From Alphaproteobacteria bacterium (lineage in GTDB: Bacteria; Pseudomonadota; Alphaproteobacteria; MPNO01; UBA830): DNA of 64,000 bases. Numbering within the stretch: position 1 is the first letter of the stretch; each line of letters opens with the position of its first letter. Below the pieces are notes generated by a model. The model was not told the DNA's origin, did not search any database, and worked only from the letters and a program-made list of their open reading frames with translations. The stretch lies in assembly GCA_965243135.1 (NCBI GenBank), contig OZ251539.1, positions 1,152,001 to 1,216,000 on the forward strand, given 5' to 3'. Below are positions 42,335-50,941 of the stretch, piece by piece. The position numbers and the translations under genes are program-made.

Positions 42335-43215
42335 ATGAAGAATGCGGAAGATCGGCTTTCGCCGTCACCAACGGACTTCGAAATTCTTGCCGAAAAGGCG
42401 CTTTCGAGACGTCGTTTCCTTCAAACCGGCGGAGCGTTCGGCGCTGCGGTGTTCGCCGCAGGCGCGATCGGGCCTGCGGCTGCCGGCCGGGCTTCGAGGC
42501 CGTAACCGCGAATACGCTTGACACGGTCACCCTTCCCGAAGGTTACAGCTGGCACGTCGTCGCGAGCCGGGGCGATCCTCTCTGGTCCGATGCGCCCCCG
42601 TTCGATCTGGCGACTCGCGGCACCGGGGCCAGCCAGGAGCGCGCGATGGGGGACAACAACGACGGCATGGAACTCTTCAACGCCGACGGGCGGCCTTGCG
42701 GTCAACAACGAATACGTGAACACCGACATCGTCCACGGCAACCGCGTTTCCAGGAAACCCGAAACCGGGAACGACATCCGGAAGAGCAAGACGGGGCACG
42801 GGGTCACCGTGGCCGAAATTTCTCGGGCGAACGGAAAATGGTCCATCGTCAAGGACTCGCCCTTCAACCGCCGCATCACGGCGGATACGAGAATGGAGAT
42901 CACCGGGCCGGCGCACGGTCACGATCTGATCAAAACCGCGGCCGACGATGCGGGCGCTACAGCTTTGGGAACCTGGAACGACTGCGGGGGCGGCCGTGGG
43001 CCCTTGGGGAACGTATCTCGCTTGCGAGAAGAACTTCAATGGATATTTCTCAAGCAGCGATCCTGATTACAAGATACCGACGTCGTCGTTGAGGCGCTAC
43101 GGCGTCAAGACCAAGGATTGGGGTTACGGCTGGGCGCGAGAAGACGAGCGTTTCGACGTTTCCCGGCATCGCAACGAGCCTGATCGCTTTGGCTACGTTG
43201 TCGAGATCGATCCCC
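42335..43215 (+). pseudogene. phoX: PhoX-family alkaline phosphatase, frameshifted and 3'-truncated
   Basis: Tat motif SRRRFL, then MGDNNDGM, VNNEY, FNRRITA, PWGTYLACE.NF and FGYVVEIDP spread over frameshifts near 42490, 42690 and 42995; C-terminal half absent. Confidence 0.85.
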
Positions 43216-43238
43216 GGCGCTCCGCTCCGGATGGTGCC

Positions 43239-43279
43239 GATTGCCGACCACCTGTGTTGCGCTTCAAGCTCGAAAGCCC
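43239..43279 (+). repeat. Dispersed element copy C (left border of the AT-rich cassette)
   Basis: GATTGCCGACCACCTGTGTTGCGCTTCAAGCTCGAAAGCCC; 23/27 nt identical to the reverse complement of copy D. Confidence 0.75.
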
Positions 43280-43295
43280 AATCCGGGCCGCGACG

Positions 43296-43893
43296 TCAAA
43301 CGTTTATCGACGCCAGCCGATCTTGATAACCTTGATCTCTGATCTGATTCGAAATGAACGGATAGTAATCGTCAAGAAAATCCAAGGTGTAATGTTCATC
43401 GCGTAAATCACGAATAACGCCTACTCTTTCCTCAATAAATTGTTCGGAATTAAGTTGCAATACTTCTATCGTTCGTTGAATTTTATCCCTAATTGGTGTG
43501 TCGATATTGTTCCCAGGGCGAATCCAGAAATCGTCAAAATGTAGAATAAACCACTTATTTTCCATGTGGAAGGGATCCACGACGCCAATTTTATTGCCTT
43601 TGAAACTATTGACCTTCTTTCGGGCCAATCGAAAATTACACCATTCGAACGCTAGGCTTGGATATTGGTCTTTGGGCCAAAAATGATCTACAGATCTATC
43701 GTTTCCGGTCATTTGCAATGTCGTATAAGCACAGCGATTTGCATAGGCATTTCCTAAATGGCCCAATGCGAGACTCCAAAACCGATTATTCTTCCACATC
43801 CTCCCTGTAGTTACGCTCAAGAAACCTCAGACCGGGTTGCCGAACTTCTTCATCAAAAGAGGGATATTCCTGTTGCGGACAAACAAAAATCAT
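43296..43893 (-). pseudogene. HNH endonuclease (PtuB-like), frameshifted near 43810
   Basis: ATG 43893 overlaps the ATPase stop (ATGA) and reads MIFVCPQQEYPSFDEEVRQPGLRFLERN before a nearby stop; the body (CAYT, SVDHFWPK, LAFEWCNFRLA..VNSFK, VVDPF) is in another frame. Confidence 0.75.
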
Positions 43894-45758
43894 ATTTTTA
43901 CGTTCCTCTTCTCGGCAAAATACTTCCAACGAGCCCAAAAGGGATCGTCGGAACCAAGATATTTCAACAATTTCTCCGTGACGTTCAATATATCCAAGCG
44001 GATATCCTGCCCCTCTTCTCGTTGTCTTTCTTGTATCGCTCTCGCTTCTTCAATGGCTTCTTCCGCGCCCCGTGATCGAGCATGTTTCAAACCGAATACC
44101 GGAGACGTCAGCCATGAGGATATTTGACCGTATTTCTGATATTCGATCTCCTTCAATTTCACGTCTCCGTTAATTTCTTCTAGATGATAAAGACGATCCT
44201 TGTCGTCGGAAAAATCTCCCTCTAAGGAGGCCAATACCATCGGAGAATGCGTCGACGCGATAATTTGGATCTGCAATTTTTCGTCAAGCAGTTTTCCTAT
44301 CGTGAGCAAGGCAGGTAGAATGGTTCTTTGCCAGCGAGGATGCAGATGGGCCTCGGTCTCGTCAATGACGATTAACATTCTGCTTGTGGGTTGCCTTCCA
44401 GTTTTTTGAGACGCAAAGACATGATTGTCCCAAGACCATATAATCAAATAGGCAAGAAGAAGGATACGTTGTACGCCAGCAGACGCAAAACCAATCGGAA
44501 CTTCTCCATAAGGATGAATTATGGTTGGCATCCATCGCGGTTCTCCCAATACACGCTTCGGATTTCCAAAACGCAAAGTGCCAAGGTCCTCGGGGGAGAG
44601 ATGCTCTAAAGCTTTTTCCAAAAGAGGGAATAGTTCCAAGTTGGTGGACAACTGCCAGTTAAGCAAATCCCTGACGAGCCCTTCGATAATTCCCGTTTTT
44701 CCATCCCATATTTCTTTAGTGGTAAGATAGTTCAGGCTTTGAGTCGCATCTATCTGAATAGAATCCCGAAATGGGTCGAATATTGAAAACGAGCCGTCGA
44801 TGCGAACATATATTGATAGATTGGAGGTCCTCTGGTCAGAATCGGGCCAAGAGTGCGTTGTCCAGTCGAATACGCTACGGCAAGTTAAATTTTTTCCGTT
44901 CGTTGGCTTGAATCGATATTGAATGCGGGGGTCGGTTTTGGTGTTTTCATTAAGGGGATACGCCGGATTGCCGGCCCAATTTCCTGTGATGGTCCACCAA
45001 GAGACATTCAACAAAAACGACTTCCCCAATCCATTGTCGCCTGCGATCAAGGTTAGTCTCTTGCCGAAATCAAGCTCGAAAGAACGCGCTGGTCCAACGT
45101 TTTTAAGGTCGAGAGAAATCAAATGGGATCCTGCGTTCTTGGGCGCAAAGGGCGGTGAAGAAAAATAGTGCGCGATATTTTGCAGGCCTGCTGGGCGTTC
45201 TCCAAAATGAGGAAATGCGGGAAGGCTATCGGAAGTATCGCAAAAAAGGGCCGTTCGTTCCTCGTCAGTAATCTTGAATTTACGCAGAAATTTTTCCGCA
45301 ACATCCTGCAAGGTGTCCTCAGGGCTCCATTTTGCGTTTTTTCCTATCCAGATTGCAATAGGCAAGATCGGAACCTGTCGCGAGCGTCCCGAATCGATGA
45401 TTTGAACTAGTTTCTCGATATAATCGGGTTCCAATGTCCAAGACGGTTCTCCTGATTTATGTCGAACGATTGAATCAAAGGTACCGCGACCGTTTGTTGA
45501 ATGAATCCCGGGCGGCGAATATTTTAACGATACCCAGTATTTTTGTCCGAAGAAAGGTTGAAAAAATTTATCAGTGTCTGGATCTAGCCGGTGATACTCC
45601 ATAAGATGTCTCTGAGTAAGGCGATTCAAATGCTCAACGGACAATTCATCCGTCGAAATATTGTTCTTGATAGCAAGAAAGGTTATGCCGAAAAAAGGCT
45701 GAACAGTTTGACGGAGGTTCTGTATTGCCCAAACTATCAAATCATGGGATAGGTACAT
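43890..45758 (-). CDS. ABC/AAA_21-type ATPase (PtuA-like) with an extra ~220-aa N-terminal domain
   Basis: Walker A GDNGLGKS, signature-like ASAGVQR, Walker B IVIDETEAHLHPRWQR, STHSP; GGAGG before ATG 45758; visibly AT-rich. Confidence 0.85.
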   Translation of the reverse strand: MYLSHDLIVWAIQNLRQTVQPFFGITFLAIKNNISTDELSVEHLNRLTQRHLMEYHRLDPDTDKFFQPFFGQKYWVSLKYSPPGIHSTNGRGTFDSIVRHKSGEPSWTLEPDYIEKLVQIIDSGRSRQVPILPIAIWIGKNAKWSPEDTLQDVAEKFLRKFKITDEERTALFCDTSDSLPAFPHFGERPAGLQNIAHYFSSPPFAPKNAGSHLISLDLKNVGPARSFELDFGKRLTLIAGDNGLGKSFLLNVSWWTITGNWAGNPAYPLNENTKTDPRIQYRFKPTNGKNLTCRSVFDWTTHSWPDSDQRTSNLSIYVRIDGSFSIFDPFRDSIQIDATQSLNYLTTKEIWDGKTGIIEGLVRDLLNWQLSTNLELFPLLEKALEHLSPEDLGTLRFGNPKRVLGEPRWMPTIIHPYGEVPIGFASAGVQRILLLAYLIIWSWDNHVFASQKTGRQPTSRMLIVIDETEAHLHPRWQRTILPALLTIGKLLDEKLQIQIIASTHSPMVLASLEGDFSDDKDRLYHLEEINGDVKLKEIEYQKYGQISSWLTSPVFGLKHARSRGAEEAIEEARAIQERQREEGQDIRLDILNVTEKLLKYLGSDDPFWARWKYFAEKRNVKI

Positions 45759-45855
45759 TGTCGCCCTCCATAGCCTCATAGTAACGACAGATCGAATTAA
45801 AATCAATGCCAGGAGCGGAAAACATTAGATAACCCATACGGTTGCGTTGTGGCAG

Positions 45856-45940
45856 CCCCATCAGTTGTGAACCGCAACGCAGGCGGTCGGTAATTTCGGT
45901 CGGCAGACAGTATCGGGATGAGTAGGCCGGCGAGTCAAGG
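45856..45940 (-). repeat. Dispersed element copy D (right border, inverted; contains TTGACT-N18-GATACT facing the ATPase)
   Basis: Reverse complement reads CCTTGACTCGCCGGCCTACTCATCCCGATACTGTCTGCCGACCGAAATTACCGACCGCCTGCGTTGCGGTTCACAACTGA. Confidence 0.75.
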
Positions 45941-46487
45941 CGCCGGGGACGTCTGCTTCCTTTGACGAGAGGGTCTTCGTCCCGGTGAGCGGGCGGGAGC
46001 TGCACCGGGCGATCGCCGCCTTCGGGTTGGAGGCTACGGACCTTGCGCCGCGGCGCCTGCACCTCCAGGTACCGGGAAGGCGGTTCTCAAGGCCGTCGCG
46101 CCGGAGCGCGGGAACCTGCCGCTCCTCCGAATTGCTGCTTCGGTGCGAAGGAAACAAGCAAGGCTGCAAGCGCATCCGACATGCTTGACGCGAGGCGCAG
46201 GACGCTGAGGCGGCCCGCGGCGCGAGCGCCTCGTGGGGCGTTCGGCATGACCCGCTCGTTCGGTCGCGCGAGACGGGCTTCCGCTTCTTTGAGCGAAGAA
46301 GCTTCAGGGCCGCGACAGGGGGGTCGGTCGAAGCCATGCCAGCGGATGACCGAATCGACTCGCGAAACCCGGAGAAAGTTCAGCGGAACGGAAAAATGCG
46401 GAAACGCGAAATAGTGCGGGATCGTCCCGAACGGAAAGCCTTCTTCGATTGAATCGGCGGAAGATTTGCGTTATCGCTTGGTTCGTC

Positions 46488-47282
46488 ATGGATCGTCTTT
46501 CCCGACTCGAAAGCCAGAGCGTCTATATCTTGCGCGAGGCCTATAACCGCTTCGATCAGGTCGCCATGCTGTGGTCGCTCGGCAAGGACTCGAACGTCAT
46601 GGTCTGGCTCGCGAAGAAGGCGTTTCACGGCCATGTGCCGTTTCCGGTCGTTCATGTCGATACCGGCAGGAAGTTCCGCGAAATGTACGAGTTCCGCGAC
46701 GCTTACGCCCGCGAATGGGATCTGAACCTCGTGGTGGGCGATTGTCCGCCGATCGAGGAAATGGATCCGGACCTGCCGCCGGCCGCCCGCTCGGCTGCGC
46801 GAAAGACGGCGGGGTTGAAGGCGTTGAACGACGAATACGGCTGGACGGCCCTTTTCGCGGGCATTCGCAGGGACGAACAGGCGGTGCGGGCGAAAGAGCG
46901 CGTCTTCAGCCCGCGGAACGGCGACGCCGAGTGGGATTATCGCGATCAGCCGCCGGAGTTCTGGGACCAGTTCAACGCGGAATTTCCGCCGGGAACGCGG
47001 GTGCGGGTCCATCCGTTGCTGCAGTGGACGGAAATCGACGTCTGGCTTTACGTGCGCCGCGAGGGCATTCCGGTCGTTTCGCTGTACTTCTCGCGCGAAG
47101 GCAAGCGCTATCGTTCGCTCGGCGACAAGGACATCACGACGCCCGTCGAGAGCGAGGCCGCGACGATCGACGAAATCATCGCCGAACTGGAGACGACCCG
47201 TCAGCCGGAGCGGATGGGGCGGGTCATGGACCACGAGGCGGAGGACGCGTTCGAGCGTTTGCGCCGGCACGGCTACATGTGA
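46488..47282 (+). CDS. cysD: Sulfate adenylyltransferase subunit 2
   Basis: LESQSVYILREA, SLGKDS, GIRRDE..RAKERVFS, RYRSLG. Confidence 0.95.
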   Translation: MDRLSRLESQSVYILREAYNRFDQVAMLWSLGKDSNVMVWLAKKAFHGHVPFPVVHVDTGRKFREMYEFRDAYAREWDLNLVVGDCPPIEEMDPDLPPAARSAARKTAGLKALNDEYGWTALFAGIRRDEQAVRAKERVFSPRNGDAEWDYRDQPPEFWDQFNAEFPPGTRVRVHPLLQWTEIDVWLYVRREGIPVVSLYFSREGKRYRSLGDKDITTPVESEAATIDEIIAELETTRQPERMGRVMDHEAEDAFERLRRHGYM

Positions 47283-47288
47283 GCGGCC

Positions 47289-49142
47289 GTGGAACGTTCG
47301 TCTATCGATCTCGTCTTCGTCGGCCATGTCGATCACGGCAAGTCCACCCTGATCGGCCGCCTGCTGCACGATACCGGCGCCGTTTCCGAAGACCGGATCG
47401 CGGCCGTGCGGCGAGCGAGCGAACGGCGCGGCCGCGGCGTCGAATGGGCGTTTTTGCTCGACGCCCTGCAGGCCGAACGGGATCAGGGGGTCACCATCGA
47501 CGTCTCGCGCATACGTTTTCGCACGGAGAGGCGCGACTGCGTAATCGTCGACGCGCCGGGCCATCGGGAGTTTCTCAGGAACATGGTCACCGGGGCGGCC
47601 GATGCGGACGCGGCGGTGCTGGTGATCGACGTCGTGGAGGGAGTGAGGGAACAAACCCGCAGGCACGCCCATTTGCTTTCGCTTATGGGGGTTTCCCAGG
47701 TCGCCGTCTTGGTTACGAAGATGGATCTCGCGGGGTTCGAAGAAAAAGCCTTCCGCCGGGTCGAACGGGACGTCCGCGACTTCCTCGAACGGCTGGGAAC
47801 GACGCCCGGCGCCGTTCTGCCGGTATCGGCCGTTTCGGGAGACAACATCGTTGCCGCGAGCACGGCGATGAGCTGGTTCGGCGGCGACTGCGTGGTCTCG
47901 TTGCTTGATCGGCTGGAACCGCGTCGCCCCCTGCGCGATTTGCCGTTGCGGCTGCCGGTGCAGGACGTGCATCGATTCGACGACCGGCGCATCGTCGTCG
48001 GGCGGATCGAGTCCGGCGTGCTGCACGCTGGCGACCGTTTGCTCTTTTCGCCGTCGGGCCACGCCGCCGGGGTCAGGTCGATCGAGGCGTGGTCGGCGCC
48101 CGCGCCGCCGATCTCCGCGGAAGCCGGCGAGTCGACCGCGATCGTTCTCGACGAGGACATCTTCGTGGAGCGGGGCGAAGTCGTCAGTCACGCCGTCGAG
48201 GCCCCGTCGCTCACCAACGTTTTCCGGGCCCGCATGTTCTGGCTCGGAAGACGCGCGTTGAAGCCAGGTTCGGAACTGATTCTGCGCATCGGAACGGCTC
48301 GGCATCGCGCGACGCTCGCGGCGATCGACCGGGTCGTCGATTCGAAGTCGCTGGAGAGCCGGGAGGCGGCCGAAATCTCGCGCGACGATTGCGCCGAAGT
48401 GGTGTTGCGCACGCAAGGGCTGGTCGCTCTGGACGAGGCCAGAAACAACCCGCGCCTCGGTCGTTTCGTATTGGTGGACGATTATCGAACCGCGGGCGGC
48501 GGCACGATCTCGATGGAAGGATATCCGGACCAGCGCGAACTCGTGACCGTGCGGTCGACGAACGTCGCGTTGACGAAGAGCCACCTCGACCGCGCCGCCC
48601 GCTGGAACCGAAACGGCCACAAGGGCGGCGTGCTCTGGCTCACGGGGTTGTCCGGCGCCGGCAAGTCGACCCTCGCGCTCGGGGTGGAGCGCCGGCTGTT
48701 CGAGGCCGGGATTCAGGTTTACGTTCTGGACGGCGACAATGTCCGGCACGGGCTCACCGCCAATCTCGGATTCTCGCCGGAGGACCGGGCGGAGAACGTG
48801 CGCCGGGTGGGCGAGGTCGCGGCGCTGTTCGCGGATGCGGGCATCGTCGTCATCGCGTCTTTCATTTCGCCATACAGATCGGATCGCGAGCGCGCCCGGT
48901 CGGCGGCGGCCAACATGTTCCACGAGGTCTATATCAGGGCGGATTTGCAAACCTGCGAGGCGCGCGACCCGAAAGGGCTGTACAAACGGGCGCGCGCCGG
49001 AAAAATCCCTGATTTCACGGGGATTTCGGCTCCGTACGAGCCGCCCGAGACGCCCGATCTCACGATCGACACGACGGCCGCCGAGGTCGATGCATGCGTC
49101 CGCGAACTGGCCGACTACGCGAGGAAGGCGTTTCGCATTTAA
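47289..49142 (+). CDS. cysNC: Bifunctional sulfate adenylyltransferase subunit 1 / APS kinase
   Basis: GHVDHGKST, DAPGH, then WLTGLSGAGKST, LDGDNVR, RDPKGLY. Confidence 0.93.
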   Translation: MERSSIDLVFVGHVDHGKSTLIGRLLHDTGAVSEDRIAAVRRASERRGRGVEWAFLLDALQAERDQGVTIDVSRIRFRTERRDCVIVDAPGHREFLRNMVTGAADADAAVLVIDVVEGVREQTRRHAHLLSLMGVSQVAVLVTKMDLAGFEEKAFRRVERDVRDFLERLGTTPGAVLPVSAVSGDNIVAASTAMSWFGGDCVVSLLDRLEPRRPLRDLPLRLPVQDVHRFDDRRIVVGRIESGVLHAGDRLLFSPSGHAAGVRSIEAWSAPAPPISAEAGESTAIVLDEDIFVERGEVVSHAVEAPSLTNVFRARMFWLGRRALKPGSELILRIGTARHRATLAAIDRVVDSKSLESREAAEISRDDCAEVVLRTQGLVALDEARNNPRLGRFVLVDDYRTAGGGTISMEGYPDQRELVTVRSTNVALTKSHLDRAARWNRNGHKGGVLWLTGLSGAGKSTLALGVERRLFEAGIQVYVLDGDNVRHGLTANLGFSPEDRAENVRRVGEVAALFADAGIVVIASFISPYRSDRERARSAAANMFHEVYIRADLQTCEARDPKGLYKRARAGKIPDFTGISAPYEPPETPDLTIDTTAAEVDACVRELADYARKAFRI

Positions 49143-49155
49143 GGGGCGGCGCGCT

Positions 49156-50007
49156 TCATGCGCCGGGCAGCTTCTTGCCCGTTTTTCCGGCGAGGTTCTG
49201 TATGAACTGCCAGGCGACCCTGCCTGATCGCGCGCCTCTGGTCATGGACCATTCGATCGCTTCGGCGCGAAGAACGGCCTGATCGATTTCTATTCCGAAA
49301 CGATCGACGTACCGGTCGAGGATCTCGAAGAAGGTGTTCTGGTCGCAGGCGTGGAAGCCGAGCCACAGGCCGAACCTGTCGGAAAGCGAGACCTTCTCCT
49401 GCACCGCCTCTCCCGGATTGATTCCGGTCGAACGCTCGTTCTCGATCATGTCGCGCGGCATGAGGTGGCGCCTGTTCGAGGTCGCGTAGAAGACGACGTT
49501 TTCCGGCCGTCCCTCGATGCCGCCCTCGAGCATGGCCTTCAGCGACTTGTAAGTGGCGTCGTTCGCGTCGAACGACAAATCGTCGCAGAACAGGATGAAG
49601 CGCCGGGCGTTTCCCCGCAGGAGGCCAAGCAGCCGAGGAAGAGAGGAGAGATCTTCGCGATGAATCTCCACCAAGGCCAGCGCGCCGTTCGTTTCGGCTG
49701 CCACCGCCCCGTGAACGGACTTCACGAGCGAACTCTTCCCCATGCCTCGCGCGCCCCAGAGGAGAGCGTTGTTCGCCGGGAGGCCGCGCGCGAACCAGCG
49801 CGTGTTCTCAAGCAGCGTGTCCCGCGCCCTGTCGATGCCGACGAGCAGTTCGAGATCGAGGCGGCATACCGCGGCGACCGGAATCAGGGCGCCGGCGTCC
49901 GCTTGCCAGATGAACGCTTCGGCCTCGTCGCCGACGATTCCGTTGGGCTGCGGCGGCGCAAGCCGGTCCAGGGCGTCGGCGATGCGCCTCAACAGGTCTT
50001 CGTTCAT
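49156..50007 (-). CDS. DUF815-family AAA ATPase
   Basis: LLWGARGMGKSSLVK, FCDDLSF, YATSNRRHL, SLSDRFGLWLGF. Confidence 0.9.
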   Translation of the reverse strand: MNEDLLRRIADALDRLAPPQPNGIVGDEAEAFIWQADAGALIPVAAVCRLDLELLVGIDRARDTLLENTRWFARGLPANNALLWGARGMGKSSLVKSVHGAVAAETNGALALVEIHREDLSSLPRLLGLLRGNARRFILFCDDLSFDANDATYKSLKAMLEGGIEGRPENVVFYATSNRRHLMPRDMIENERSTGINPGEAVQEKVSLSDRFGLWLGFHACDQNTFFEILDRYVDRFGIEIDQAVLRAEAIEWSMTRGARSGRVAWQFIQNLAGKTGKKLPGA

Positions 50008-50466
50008 CGAAAAATTCGCAGGTTGGAAGGGTCGCGAAACCTAACACACGCTCTTCGACGGTCAACGCCGGCGCGGCTCGCGCGCCGTCAACGGACGACC
50101 GGTCCATCCGCCCCGTTCGGCTTGGAACGCTCCCGGACCGGGGAGGCGCTCGGCCGGCGCGAACGCTCCCGGGTCGCCGGCGCCGCCGGAACGCTGGGAT
50201 GCGCCGTGCGGCCGTCGGCTTCCGCGCGGCGCGGCTGCCGTTCGCTTAGCCGAACCTTTCGCCGTTCTCCTGCGAGGATCGTACGGGCCGGAAGGACGGC
50301 GGCTTCTCGCGCCGACGAGGCCGGCAGGCGCGCGGTTCGGCCGGAGATGTCCGCGAGGTCGACGGCCGTCGTCCAAAGGCCGGAAACGACGCGGTTTGAG
50401 TCCTCGCTTGCAAGCCGTCGGCATACGGCTATATTCCGCCAACCTTAAGCGAGCGCGGAGAACGTC

Positions 50467-50907
50467 ATGCTCATTTCACCGGCCTGGGCGCAGGGATCCG
50501 GCGGGTTCGGTCTGGAAGGACTCGGGGGATTTCTCCCGATCATCCTGATTTTCGTCGTCTTTTATTTCCTGCTGATTCGTCCGCAGCAGAAAAAGGCTAA
50601 GGACCATCGGCAAATGATCTCCGATCTCCGCCGCGGCGACCGGGTGGTCACCAATGGCGGGTTGATCGGCACGATCGTTCGCGTTCCCAACGAAAGCGAG
50701 CTCATTCTCGAGATCGCTGAAGACGTCAAGGTGCGGGTCATGCGCGGAATGATTGCGGAGAGCCGGTCCAAGGGAAGGCCGGCGTTGTCGAAGAAGGCGG
50801 CCCGCGAAGCCGAACCCGAGGATTACGACGAGGACTTCGACGACGAGGAGGAATACGAAGAAGAAGAGGAGGAGAAGGCTTCCTCCGGAAAATCCGGCAG
50901 AAAGTAG
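50467..50907 (+). CDS. yajC: Preprotein translocase YajC
   Basis: FYFLLIRPQQKK, GDRVVTNGG. Confidence 0.95.
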   Translation: MLISPAWAQGSGGFGLEGLGGFLPIILIFVVFYFLLIRPQQKKAKDHRQMISDLRRGDRVVTNGGLIGTIVRVPNESELILEIAEDVKVRVMRGMIAESRSKGRPALSKKAAREAEPEDYDEDFDDEEEYEEEEEEKASSGKSGRK

Positions 50908-50941
50908 CGTTCGCGCAAGCCGCTCGGGTAGTTCGGTTTCC

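Noticed and set aside
318-45940. Integron attC/attI or CRISPR interpretation of the dispersed repeats
   Set aside because: GTTGCGC does not fit GTTRRRY, there is no attC palindrome or integrase, spacing is irregular and no cas genes are present
45759-46480. Retron msr-msd or RT upstream of the ATPase-HNH pair
   Set aside because: No RT ORF (no YADD or NAxxH); the hairpin at 45843-45881 overlaps repeat D and is insufficient evidence
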